Part shown: one piece after another, positions 1 to 9,037 of the stretch
Position numbering within the stretch: the first letter of the stretch is position 1
Layout of the letters: each line of letters starts with the position of its first letter
Assembly (NCBI RefSeq): GCF_000018785.1
Contig: NC_010163.1
Location: 1,350,001 to 1,382,000, forward strand
DNA: 32,000 bases
Direction of reading: 5' to 3'
DNA from: Acholeplasma laidlawii PG-8A
GTDB taxonomy: Bacteria; Bacillota_I; Bacilli_A; Acholeplasmatales; Acholeplasmataceae
Notes under the pieces: generated by a model
The model's input: the letters and a program-made list of their open reading frames with translations, nothing else
Database searches by the model: none
What the model was told of the DNA's origin: nothing
Translations under genes and position numbers: made by a program

Positions 1-89
1 AATACAACAAATCTTAAACCAAATCCATCCACAATAGAATCACTAATGAAGTCATTTACGCGTAACTTAAGAGTGGAAGTGTTTGACAC
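1..89 (-). CDS. nrdG: Anaerobic ribonucleotide reductase activating protein, N-terminus only (runs off the left edge)
   Basis: Not in the ORF track. Minus-strand GTG start at 89..87 reads V(M)SNTSTLKLRVNDFISDSIVDGFGLRFVV..., matching the NrdG N-terminal signature (…SIVDGxGxRxVxF…). Overlaps the nrdD 3' end, the usual nrdD-nrdG order. Confidence 0.85.
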   Translation of the reverse strand, partial: MSNTSTLKLRVNDFISDSIVDGFGLRFVV

Positions 90-2355
90 GTTCTTCTACT
101 TCCTTTTTCTTAGCGTTATTAAAGCGGTCTAATGTACCCACTAAATAACCTGTAATTCTTCTGATTCTATCAAATGGTGCATCTGGTGTTTCTTTTCGTC
201 CACATTTCGGACATTCTTCATTAATAATACCAACGTATTTACATACGGGATCAAAATCTACTGGGTGGTTAATCGAACCATATCCAATACCTTTTTTAGC
301 CATATATTTAATAATGGCTTCAAAAGCTGGAATGTTTTTAGCAGGATCTCCATCAAGTTCAATATAAGATATATGTCCACCATTTGTAAGTGCATGATAT
401 GGTGCTTCAATATCTATCTTATGGAAAGCCTCAGTTGGATAATATACGGGTATATGGAATGAGTTGGTATAAAACTCATGATCAGTAATACCTTCTAAGA
501 TACCAAAGCGCTTCTTATCCATTTGTACAAAGCGTCCGGATAATCCTTCAGCTGGAGTTGCGATTAAAGAGAAGTTTAATTTATATTGACGCGCTTTGGC
601 ATCAATTCTATCTCTCATGTGTCCTATGATTTTTAAACCTAAGGCTTGTGATTTAGCATCTTCTCCGTGGTGTTTACCCGTTAATGCTTTTAAAGTTTCT
701 GCAAGTCCAATAAATCCAATAGCTAACGAGCCATGTTTAATCACTTCTTCGATGGTATCATTGCGTCCTAATTTATCAGAATCTATCCATACTCCTTGTC
801 CCATTAAGAATGGGAAGTTATATACATAAAGTTTCTTTTGGATATCAAAACGTTCTAAGAGTTGCTCAGTGACTAAATCAATAGTTTCATCTAATTGATT
901 AAAAAACTGTGCCTCTGATTTAGAAGTTAGCGCTAGTCTAGGTAAGTTAATCGATGTAAAACTTAAATTACCACGCCCAGTTACAATTTCTTTGTTAGAA
1001 TCATGTATATTTGACATGACACGTGTACGACATCCCATATAAGCTATTTCTGTATCTGGATTACCTTCTTTATAAAATGCTTTATTAAAAGGTGCATCCA
1101 AGAACGAGAAGTTAGGGAATAATCTTTTAGCAGATGTTGCCATTGCTTTTTGGAATAAGTCGTAGTTAGGATCTCCTTGATTTAAGTTAACACCTTCTTT
1201 TAACTTAAATATTTGAATAGGAAATATTGGTGTTTCACCACTACCTAGTCCTCTAGTAGTTGCATCTAAGATAGATGAAACGACTAATCTACCTTCATGA
1301 GATGTATCTGTTCCATAGTTAATGGATGAGAATGGTACTTGAGCACCTGCACGTGAGTGCATGGTGTTTAAGTTATGTACTAAACTCTCCATTGCTTGTT
1401 CAGTATCTCTTGTTGTTTCTTTTAAAGCCTCTTTAGTCGTAAATAAAACGACTTTATGAGCGATATCATTATTACCTAGTACTTCGAGTAAATGCGGGTT
1501 AATTTCATCATTTAGAAGTCTTGGTTCAATACCTGTCTTACTTAAAATATCATTTAGAATGGTTTTAGCATCTAAATCAATTTGGAAGATATCAAGTGCT
1601 TTAGCTAGGTTGTTTCTAAAGTGTCTAACATAAGTCTTTTTAACACCGGTTGCCATATCATAATCAAATTTAGGTACAGATTGTCCACCGTGTTGATCAT
1701 TTTGATTTGACTGAATCGCAATACACGCAAGTGCTGCATATGTTTTGATATCTTGTGGTTCTCTTAAACTACCATGCCCAGTTTGGAATCCGTTTGTAAA
1801 TAGTTTAGTTAGGTCAATTTGACAACAAGTAAGTGTTAAGGTTAAGAAGTCTAAGTCATGGATATGAATAATACCTTCATCATGTGCTCTAGAGTGTCTA
1901 GGGTTTAAAACAAACATTCTGTTAAACTCTTTTGCACCTTCACTACCATACTTTAACATCGCACCCATTGGGGTGTCTCCGTTGACGTTTGCATTTTCTC
2001 TTTTCAAATCAGAATCTGTTGATTTTGAAAATGCAATGTCATGATAAGTATGCATAAGACGAGTATTTCTATCTCTTACTTTATTTCTATCTTCACGGTA
2101 AATAATATAAGATTTAGCAACATCTGCATAGTTTAATTCTATGAGAGTACGTTCTACTTCATCTTGTATATCTTCAACAGTTGGAATTTGCTTTTTGAAC
2201 TTACTATCTACCTTATTTAGTACACCTGTTGTGACCTCATCTGCAAGTTTTGGATCCTTTCCTAGTGCTATAAATGCCTTAGTAACGGCATCGTTAATCT
2301 TTTCTGGATTAAATCTTACGATTCTTCCATCTCTTTTTTTTATCTTCTCTAGCAT
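67..2355 (-). CDS. nrdD: Anaerobic ribonucleoside-triphosphate reductase (class III, ATP-cone + glycyl radical domain)
   Basis: 762 aa. N-terminal ATP-cone (IKKRDGRIVRFNPEKI), HSRAGAQVPFSSINYGTD, GGQSVPKFDYD, C-terminal CPKCG and the glycyl-radical RRITGYL motif. Followed by nrdG. Confidence 0.97.
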   Translation of the reverse strand: MLEKIKKRDGRIVRFNPEKINDAVTKAFIALGKDPKLADEVTTGVLNKVDSKFKKQIPTVEDIQDEVERTLIELNYADVAKSYIIYREDRNKVRDRNTRLMHTYHDIAFSKSTDSDLKRENANVNGDTPMGAMLKYGSEGAKEFNRMFVLNPRHSRAHDEGIIHIHDLDFLTLTLTCCQIDLTKLFTNGFQTGHGSLREPQDIKTYAALACIAIQSNQNDQHGGQSVPKFDYDMATGVKKTYVRHFRNNLAKALDIFQIDLDAKTILNDILSKTGIEPRLLNDEINPHLLEVLGNNDIAHKVVLFTTKEALKETTRDTEQAMESLVHNLNTMHSRAGAQVPFSSINYGTDTSHEGRLVVSSILDATTRGLGSGETPIFPIQIFKLKEGVNLNQGDPNYDLFQKAMATSAKRLFPNFSFLDAPFNKAFYKEGNPDTEIAYMGCRTRVMSNIHDSNKEIVTGRGNLSFTSINLPRLALTSKSEAQFFNQLDETIDLVTEQLLERFDIQKKLYVYNFPFLMGQGVWIDSDKLGRNDTIEEVIKHGSLAIGFIGLAETLKALTGKHHGEDAKSQALGLKIIGHMRDRIDAKARQYKLNFSLIATPAEGLSGRFVQMDKKRFGILEGITDHEFYTNSFHIPVYYPTEAFHKIDIEAPYHALTNGGHISYIELDGDPAKNIPAFEAIIKYMAKKGIGYGSINHPVDFDPVCKYVGIINEECPKCGRKETPDAPFDRIRRITGYLVGTLDRFNNAKKKEVEERVKHFHS

Positions 2356-2374
2356 GGTTTTATACCCCTTTTCA

Positions 2375-2522
2375 CATATTGTTTAGAGTTACTAATCAAC
2401 ACTCGGGCATAGCTATCCATTAAGAAAATAAAACTTAAAACTTAATCGATTTCATATACCCGGATGTTTGAGTATATACATTTTATACAAAGGTAAAGTC
2501 ATTTGCAACTCTAACAATTATG
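2375..2522 (-). promoter_or_regulatory. nrdD upstream region: candidate promoter (TATAAAAT at 2480-2487) and structured leader
   Basis: Rev-comp reads TTGCAA…TTTGTATAAAATG. Imperfect inverted arms cataTTGTTTAGAGTTac (2375-2392) and gcAACTCTAACAAttatg (2505-2522). Internal stems cgggcata (2404-2411)/tatacccg (2455-2462) and attaag (2419-2424)/cttaat (2441-2446). Confidence 0.35.
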
Positions 2523-2547
2523 TAAATGCTTACGGTCATTTTCATAA

Positions 2548-2575
2548 AAAAACACCTTGCATCGAAGGTGTTTTT
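2548..2575 (-). terminator. Rho-independent terminator after the serine hydrolase gene
   Basis: aaaaacacctt-gcatcg-aaggtgttttt, 11-bp perfect stem with flanking A/T runs. Confidence 0.85.
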
Positions 2576-2639
2576 GTGCTTCAAATAATGTAATAAAATG
2601 AATGTAAATACATCAACTTTTTACAGTTATTTTAAAATA

Positions 2640-3989
2640 CTATTTACTTGTTACTGTAAAGCCATTAAACAAGAAGTTAGCACTTGGTACGAATGAAAAC
2701 GTAAGTGCTTCATCTTCAAATTTAAACTTATACTCTGCGAAAAATGGCGTTTCAATGTATAAGATTTTTAGAGTTAATTCGTTATCTTCATAATTTGGTA
2801 TGACCCAATGTTTTTGATTAACTACTTTTAAATCTTTGGCATAGTGACTCATGCCATAAGAACTTTGATCAAAATTATACTCAAGTTTATCTGTTAGGCC
2901 ATTATTAAAATGTAGTAAAAGATAGTCATGACTAAACTCTAACGTATCAATATTTAATATGTTTTCTTTTAGATGAAATATTTTATGTAAATTAAAGTGA
3001 TTTTCTTTAGGTGCTTCTTTAAAAGTTAAGCTTGAAACAAACCCTTCTAACTTACCCTTTTCAATTGTAGGTATCGACTCACTTGTAAAATGTTTATATA
3101 TAGTAGCATATAAGAACTCATAATCTGTAAACTGCGCAGTTGAAATAAAGGCTAAATCATTAAAGATTACGACGATTTGACCAAATGCTCCATCTGCTCT
3201 ATAACTTAAGTTAGGTGATACATGGAATTGAAAACCATATTGGTAACCGATTGCTTTAGCATTCGGGTTACCCACATAGTCTTGTTTTATAGCCTGAGGT
3301 GAGGTTGCCATATCAAGATAGGCTTTTGAAATAAGTTGTTTTCCTTTATAATTTCCGTGATTTAGTAAGAGTTGGCCAAGCTTAACTAATGCATCATTAT
3401 TCAAACTTAAACCATACCCACCAAAATTAATACCTTCCGGGGCTTTTGACCAGTGGTAATTTGTAATATTTAGTGGTTCAAATAGATGATCTTTTAAGTA
3501 ATCCTCTACAGTAGCACCTGTGATCTTAGTAAACAGTGCACTTAACATATGTGACGTTGCTGAGTGATATTGATAATGTGTACCTGGTTTATAAGCCACT
3601 TCCTGGCTTAAAAAATAAGTTCTATAATCACTTGTTTTAAGCATCTGGATATTATTTTCTTTAACTATGCCGCTTGTCATGGTAAGGATATGTCTAATGG
3701 TTATCTCACTAATTAAAGGATCATAATTCACTGGTAGTTCATCTTTAAAGTAACCAATTATTTTTTCATCTAAGTTGATTAATCCTTTATCATATAACAT
3801 ACCTATTGCTAAGGATGTGAATGATTTTGTAATAGAAAAGACTAACTGTAAACCATCCTTAAGATACGGTTCTTTCTTGTAATCAAACAATACTTCATCT
3901 TTGTTTGCAACTGTAAAACTAATCATACTTAAACTTTTGTTATCTTCTACTTCTTTTAAGAAGTTATAGATTTTTGCTTCTAAATTCAT
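2640..3989 (-). CDS. Serine hydrolase (class C beta-lactamase-like / penicillin-binding-protein-related)
   Basis: 449 aa. FSITKSFTSLAIG (SxxK), QYHSATSHMLSAL at the YxN position, GGYGLSLNNDALVKLGQLLLNHG. Confidence 0.85.
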   Translation of the reverse strand: MNLEAKIYNFLKEVEDNKSLSMISFTVANKDEVLFDYKKEPYLKDGLQLVFSITKSFTSLAIGMLYDKGLINLDEKIIGYFKDELPVNYDPLISEITIRHILTMTSGIVKENNIQMLKTSDYRTYFLSQEVAYKPGTHYQYHSATSHMLSALFTKITGATVEDYLKDHLFEPLNITNYHWSKAPEGINFGGYGLSLNNDALVKLGQLLLNHGNYKGKQLISKAYLDMATSPQAIKQDYVGNPNAKAIGYQYGFQFHVSPNLSYRADGAFGQIVVIFNDLAFISTAQFTDYEFLYATIYKHFTSESIPTIEKGKLEGFVSSLTFKEAPKENHFNLHKIFHLKENILNIDTLEFSHDYLLLHFNNGLTDKLEYNFDQSSYGMSHYAKDLKVVNQKHWVIPNYEDNELTLKILYIETPFFAEYKFKFEDEALTFSFVPSANFLFNGFTVTSK

Positions 3990-4017
3990 TCTGACATCAC
4001 CTCATGTAATTAATTGT

Positions 4018-4935
4018 TTATTGATTTTCTTCTAGATCCTTCAACTTACTTGCAGTTGTTTTATTATATATAATTTTTGCACTAAATAAAATTCCAACAA
4101 AGTTACCAATTAGTAAGAATACTAAATCTGATAAAAAGAGTGGTAATATTTCTTTATCACTTAATAAGATACCTAATGTCATATCATTATGAAATGCTAA
4201 GTTTGCCCATGTGTATAAAAACATACTCAAACTTACAACAACTGTAATCACACCAATGATGAGTGGTACAAGCCTGTGCAGTGGACCCTTTGCATTTTTA
4301 TATGAATAAAATGATGCAAATGGCACAATGATATATAGCCACCAACTCATAAACCCTAGTTCGTATGCAATTAATGAAGGTATCGATCCTAAGATTGCTC
4401 CAATAACTGCGAAGATAATACCACCAACTTTATTATTATTACCTTTTTCTTCATTAATGATTTTTGCAATCTCTTGTTGATGTTTTTCTTTATATATAGC
4501 CTCATTAATTGGAACCACCAAATTAAACTTCAGACCTGTCTGAATTTTAATTGAAATAGTTTTATGATTTGTTATCTCTTCATTAGATCCATAGATATCT
4601 TTTGAAACAATTTTAAAACTTCTATCTTTGAAGTAACTTGTTAGTTTTCTTGCTCGTTCTTTACCTTTTAGTGGATTTCTTACAAATATTAAAACAGTAT
4701 TATTTAGATGAACCGCACTAGTAAAAAATAACCCTGTGGCACCTACTTCTTGTCTAATCGCCTTCATTTCTGATGCTTCTAGTGATCTATCTAATATAAA
4801 TGCCATATAATATTGCTTTATACCAAATCCTGCATTTATAGAACATATTTGAAACTCATATCCATTAACTTCACCACGGTATGCGCCGCGCTCAAACTTT
4901 GCAGTAAGTTTTACTGCTATCTCTTCAATTTTCAT
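4018..4935 (-). CDS. Membrane protein of unknown function (soluble N-terminal half, about 4 TM C-terminal half)
   Basis: 305 aa. Hydrophobic segments from about aa 170 onward (VGGIIFAVIGAILG…, WWLYIIVPFASF, LVPLIIGVITVVVSLSMFLY, LFLSDLVFLLIGNFVGILF). No family recognised by eye. Confidence 0.6.
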   Translation of the reverse strand: MKIEEIAVKLTAKFERGAYRGEVNGYEFQICSINAGFGIKQYYMAFILDRSLEASEMKAIRQEVGATGLFFTSAVHLNNTVLIFVRNPLKGKERARKLTSYFKDRSFKIVSKDIYGSNEEITNHKTISIKIQTGLKFNLVVPINEAIYKEKHQQEIAKIINEEKGNNNKVGGIIFAVIGAILGSIPSLIAYELGFMSWWLYIIVPFASFYSYKNAKGPLHRLVPLIIGVITVVVSLSMFLYTWANLAFHNDMTLGILLSDKEILPLFLSDLVFLLIGNFVGILFSAKIIYNKTTASKLKDLEENQ

Positions 4936-4986
4936 ATAATTTCCCCTTATACTTATTAGTTTTAATTATAACATTAATGTATTAAA

Positions 4987-5011
4987 AAAACCTTCATTTT
5001 ATGAAGGTTTT
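4987..5011 (-). terminator. Rho-independent terminator downstream of the DUF975-like gene
   Basis: aaaaccttcat-ttt-atgaaggtttt, 11-bp perfect stem followed (minus strand) by a T-run. Confidence 0.85.
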
Positions 5012-5032
5012 AAGGTAATTCTATAATATTAA

Positions 5033-5620
5033 TTAAGCATCTATGATGGTTGTACTATCCGCTTTTATTGCTTTTAGGTGTATATAGTAGTTATGCATAG
5101 ATAACATGATATAAGGCATTGCATAAACTAAATAAATACCAAATGTAATCATACCTAATAGGATGTGACCGATAAATGAAAGTGCAAAAATGAATAAATC
5201 CATCTTATAACCTTCTGTTAGTTTCCCACTTTCTTTAATTGCATCAAATATATCCATATCCTTATGTTCACTCATAATAAAGATAGCTTGCCCATATTTA
5301 AGTGCTACATAAATACCTGGAATGATAAATAAGAGCATGCCTATAGCAACTGCAAGACTTACTATTAATACAACAACAAATATTTTAAGTCCATGTTCAA
5401 TATCTTTAAAATATGTAAATAAAGGATCTAGTCTTACTTCTTTTTTAGCAAGTACTTCCTTACCAATAACAAATAATCCAGCAGTTAAGATAGGTCCTAC
5501 AATGAACCCAATACCTGGTATCCCGCTTAATACACCTACTACAATAATGGCTACTAAAAACATTAATCTTTTTCCAACTAATGCTTCTTTAGCCTCCGTT
5601 TTGATTGCACTTCTATTCAT
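5033..5620 (-). CDS. DUF975-like integral membrane protein
   Basis: 195 aa. MNRSAIKTEAKEAL… start, multiple TMs, …KYGQAIFIMSEHKDMDIFDAIKESGKLTEGYKMDLF… typical of DUF975 proteins. Confidence 0.7.
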   Translation of the reverse strand: MNRSAIKTEAKEALVGKRLMFLVAIIVVGVLSGIPGIGFIVGPILTAGLFVIGKEVLAKKEVRLDPLFTYFKDIEHGLKIFVVVLIVSLAVAIGMLLFIIPGIYVALKYGQAIFIMSEHKDMDIFDAIKESGKLTEGYKMDLFIFALSFIGHILLGMITFGIYLVYAMPYIMLSMHNYYIHLKAIKADSTTIIDA

Positions 5621-5657
5621 TTTTATATACCCCCTTGTATAAATGAATCTATCTATA

Positions 5658-6905
5658 TTATATTACAATTGTAAATTTTGTAAATTCATTTTCAACCGAT
5701 TCAACACTAATGTGTCCATGATATTTATTAACGATGTGTTTTACTATTGCAAGTCCTAGTCCAGTACCAGGTTCTTTTCTCACTTCGTTCACACGGTAAA
5801 ATCTTTCAAATACTCTGTCTTGATCCTTAAAAGGAATACCTAATCCAGTGTCTTCAATAACAAAGACTATTTGATTTAGATTTCTTTTTAAATCGATTTT
5901 AATCGTACCCTGTTCCTTATTATATTTAATGGCGTTTTCTATCATGTTTTTAAATAATTTTGTAATATCTATTTTATCGCCTTCAAATGAGATGTCGTCG
6001 ACATTAAGTTCTACTTTAATCGATTTTTCTTGAATGGATCTATGATAGTAATCAAGTGTATCTAACAACATCTTCTTTAAATCAATGGTTTCAATGGGTC
6101 CATCAACAAACGTTTCTAAACGGCTTAACATAAGCATATCATCAACAAAGCCCTTCATGTAGTCAGCTAACTCCACCATTTTAGTTGAAACTTCTTTAGC
6201 TTCACTACCTGTAATGATTTCATGCTGAATTAATTCAGCATAACCACGTAACACCGTAATCGGTGTTTTAAGTTCATGTCCTGCATAACTAAAGAAATCT
6301 TTTTTAACATTTTGAAGTTGAACTTGATCAGTTAAGTCTTCAATAATGACTAAGACAAAGTTTTCTTTACTTTGTTCAGTTGAGATCGTATTCACATTTA
6401 AGTTTTTGTGTCCTATTTTATAGTTTTGTTTCTCATGAGCTTTGGATTCAAATGTTTTTAGGATTTGTTCTTTAATGACCGTATGACGAATACGGTTCAT
6501 AAATAACTTATCCTTAGTCTCTACTATATGTAGTAGGTTTACTGCAGTGTCATTGGCATAAATGATCTCTTTTAAGTGGTTAATTAAAATAATTCCTTGA
6601 CCAGCAAAACTAGACATAAATAGCATTTGATCTTCTTTAGCTTTTAATTCGTGGTTTAATCTATCTAGTTCTTTAACCAAAAAGTCTCTATCCACTGCTT
6701 GTTTATTAATATCATATCTAGAAAAATAAGCTTTATATTCAAAATATAAAGCAATGACTAATATTTCTCCGGTTGCTAGAAATATTAAATATATAAATAT
6801 GTTAGACATTTCCGGATGAAGTATTTGATTTACAATAAAAAACAAGGTTAATAAAATACCTACATAGATACCTAATCGTATAAATATTTTCTTATTTAAA
6901 TCCAT
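5658..6905 (-). CDS. phoR: Sensor histidine kinase of the phosphate cluster (PhoR-like)
   Basis: 415 aa. Two N-terminal TMs, PAS-like region, H-box SYAGHELKTPITVLRGYAELI, N-box FKNMIENAIKYNKE, DTGLGI, GTGLGLAIVKHIV. Last gene of the pst/pho cluster. Confidence 0.88.
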   Translation of the reverse strand: MDLNKKIFIRLGIYVGILLTLFFIVNQILHPEMSNIFIYLIFLATGEILVIALYFEYKAYFSRYDINKQAVDRDFLVKELDRLNHELKAKEDQMLFMSSFAGQGIILINHLKEIIYANDTAVNLLHIVETKDKLFMNRIRHTVIKEQILKTFESKAHEKQNYKIGHKNLNVNTISTEQSKENFVLVIIEDLTDQVQLQNVKKDFFSYAGHELKTPITVLRGYAELIQHEIITGSEAKEVSTKMVELADYMKGFVDDMLMLSRLETFVDGPIETIDLKKMLLDTLDYYHRSIQEKSIKVELNVDDISFEGDKIDITKLFKNMIENAIKYNKEQGTIKIDLKRNLNQIVFVIEDTGLGIPFKDQDRVFERFYRVNEVRKEPGTGLGLAIVKHIVNKYHGHISVESVENEFTKFTIVI

Positions 6906-6919
6906 AGTACTTATCCTTT

Positions 6920-7570
6920 TTATAGACTATAACCGACACCACGTATCGTTTTAATTTCTATATCTGCACCTTTTAATTTATCTCTTAATGATTTAATATG
7001 CATATCTAAGGTTCTTGTTTCTATTGAAACATCCATTTGCCAAATTTCATTAAAGAGTGTTTCTTTTGTTACAACTTTACCGTCATTTTTCAGGATGAGG
7101 TAAAGTACGTCAAACTCTTTGGTTGTAAGAGCAATCTCATTGTTACCTACAAAACATTTATATTTTTCTTTATCAATGGTGACATTACCTTTAGTAATGA
7201 CACTACGCGCACCTGATTTTCTTAAGTGGGCATTCATTCTAGCGGTTAACTCTAAAATACCAAACGGTTTTGACATATAGTCATCAGCACCTAAATCAAG
7301 TGCTTTGACTTTATCCATTTCAGTATCTAGTGCAGATAACATAATAACGGGTAGTTCTTTATAAAACTCTCTTAGTTTTGCTAGTACTTCTAAACCAGAC
7401 ATATCTGGTAGAAGTACATCTAACAGTACTAAGTCTGGTGCTTTTTTTCTAACGGCTTCTAAAAAGTCTTTACCTTTCATAAAGCCTTGTTGTTCATACC
7501 CTGCATTTATAATTGTTTTTTGAATGATATACGATATTTGTACATCATCTTCTAAAAAATAAATTAACAT
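6920..7570 (-). CDS. OmpR-family response regulator (PhoB/PhoP-like)
   Basis: 216 aa. LVLLDVLLPDMSGLEVL, SALD…GADDYMSKPF, C-terminal winged helix (LTTKEFDVLYLILKNDGKVVTKETLFNEIW…TLDMHIKSLRDKL…IKTIRGVGYSL). Confidence 0.92.
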   Translation of the reverse strand: MLIYFLEDDVQISYIIQKTIINAGYEQQGFMKGKDFLEAVRKKAPDLVLLDVLLPDMSGLEVLAKLREFYKELPVIMLSALDTEMDKVKALDLGADDYMSKPFGILELTARMNAHLRKSGARSVITKGNVTIDKEKYKCFVGNNEIALTTKEFDVLYLILKNDGKVVTKETLFNEIWQMDVSIETRTLDMHIKSLRDKLKGADIEIKTIRGVGYSL

Positions 7571-7588
7571 AAGCTTACAAGCCCTTTC

Positions 7589-8254
7589 TTAAAACAATGG
7601 CGTTTTCTTGTGTTCCCCTGTAATCATAAATATGGTCCACTCTGCAAGATTTACAGCGTGATCAGCAACACGTTCCATATATTTAGCAACCATAATCACA
7701 GATACTGCATATTGTGAATCAATAGAGTCATTTTTAATTTGTTCTGTAACAGATGCCATAACATCATTGAACTGAGCATCCACAATATCATCATCTTCAA
7801 TGACTTGTCTTGCTAACTGTATATCTTGTTTGACAAAGGCATTAATCGCATTTAACACCATTTGATAAGCAGCTTCACTCATAATCGTTGTCTTAGGTAA
7901 AAGCCTTTGGTTTTTTAAGTCTCCGATGTGTATCGTTTGTTCTGCAATATCAGTTGCATGATCCCCAATACGCTCAAGGTCTGTAACTAACTTTAATATA
8001 CCAGTAACAACTCTTAGGTCTTGAGCGTAAGGTTGTTCCTTCCAAATGACTCTTAAAGCAGCTTTTGAAATATCTTCTTCAAGTTGATCAACTTGATCAT
8101 CTGCTTTCATTAAACTTTCAGCTTTTGTCAAATTATTTGTTTTAAAAGCTAAAAAGGACTCATTAATATTATTTAATACAAGGTCTGCCATCGTTACGAC
8201 TTCACCCTTTAACTCTTCGATTGCTTTTAATAAAGATGCTCTTAATGCTGACAT
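7589..8254 (-). CDS. phoU: Phosphate signalling protein PhoU
   Basis: 221 aa. LVTDLERIGDHATDIAEQTI and AKYMERVADHAVNLAEW repeats. Directly after pstB. Confidence 0.95.
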   Translation of the reverse strand: MSALRASLLKAIEELKGEVVTMADLVLNNINESFLAFKTNNLTKAESLMKADDQVDQLEEDISKAALRVIWKEQPYAQDLRVVTGILKLVTDLERIGDHATDIAEQTIHIGDLKNQRLLPKTTIMSEAAYQMVLNAINAFVKQDIQLARQVIEDDDIVDAQFNDVMASVTEQIKNDSIDSQYAVSVIMVAKYMERVADHAVNLAEWTIFMITGEHKKTPLF

Positions 8255-8272
8255 AGATATTCCTTTCTTAGA

Positions 8273-9037
8273 TTAACCGAATTTACCGGTAATATAATCT
8301 TCTGTTTGTGAGTGTTTTGGATTTGTAAATATTTTGTTTGTTTCATCAAACTCAATGAGTTCACCCATATAAAAGAATGCAGTTTTATCAGATATTCTAG
8401 CTGCTTGTTGCATGTTATGTGTGACTATAACTATAGTATACTCTTTTTTGAGTTCTAAAATCAATTCTTCTATTTTAACTGTGGCTATAGGATCGAGTGC
8501 TGATGTTGGTTCGTCCATTAAAATAACTTCAGGTTTCATCGCTAAGGCTCTAGCGATACATAGTCTTTGTTGTTGACCACCGGATAAGGCAAGTGCTGAA
8601 TCATGAAGACGGTCAGAGACTTCATCGTATAACGCAGCTTCTTTAAGAGAGTTTTCAACTATCTTATCTAATATGTCACGTTTTTTAACACCTTGACATC
8701 TAGGACCATAAGCGATGTTATCATAGATACTCATAGGAAATGGATTTGGTGATTGGAAGACCATACCTACATTTTTTCTTAATCCATAAATATCAATATT
8801 CTTATCATAGATATTTTGATTATGATATTTAACTTCACCTTCGATTTTTACATTTTCAATTAAATCGTTCATACGATTTAATGTTCTTAAGAAAGTCGAT
8901 TTACCACAACCAGATGGACCGATTAAAGCAACTATTTCTTTAGAACCAATTTCAATATTGATATTCTTTAAAGCCTGTTTTTCACCATAGGATAAATTTA
9001 GGTTTTCAACTTCAAATGTTTTAATTTCATTTTTCAT
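8273..9037 (-). CDS. pstB: Phosphate ABC transporter ATP-binding protein
   Basis: [64 protein letters not shown]. Track start is TTG (9040-9038); the ATG at 9037-9035 overlapping the pstA TGA is the likelier start. Confidence 0.96.
   Translation of the reverse strand: MKNEIKTFEVENLNLSYGEKQALKNINIEIGSKEIVALIGPSGCGKSTFLRTLNRMNDLIENVKIEGEVKYHNQNIYDKNIDIYGLRKNVGMVFQSPNPFPMSIYDNIAYGPRCQGVKKRDILDKIVENSLKEAALYDEVSDRLHDSALALSGGQQQRLCIARALAMKPEVILMDEPTSALDPIATVKIEELILELKKEYTIVIVTHNMQQAARISDKTAFFYMGELIEFDETNKIFTNPKHSQTEDYITGKFG

Noticed and set aside
67-180. NrdD C-terminal zinc site shows only three obvious cysteines (CKYVG…CPKCG)
   Set aside because: The glycyl-radical motif and the rest of the protein look intact, and some NrdD subfamilies may share this pattern. 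Without an alignment I cannot call it unusual.
265-829. Short plus-strand ORFs 265..462 and 596..829
   Set aside because: Antisense to the well-supported nrdD gene, no RBS or domain.
5322-5642. Plus-strand 106-aa ORF
   Set aside because: Antisense shadow of the DUF975-like gene; low-complexity composition typical of antisense reading.
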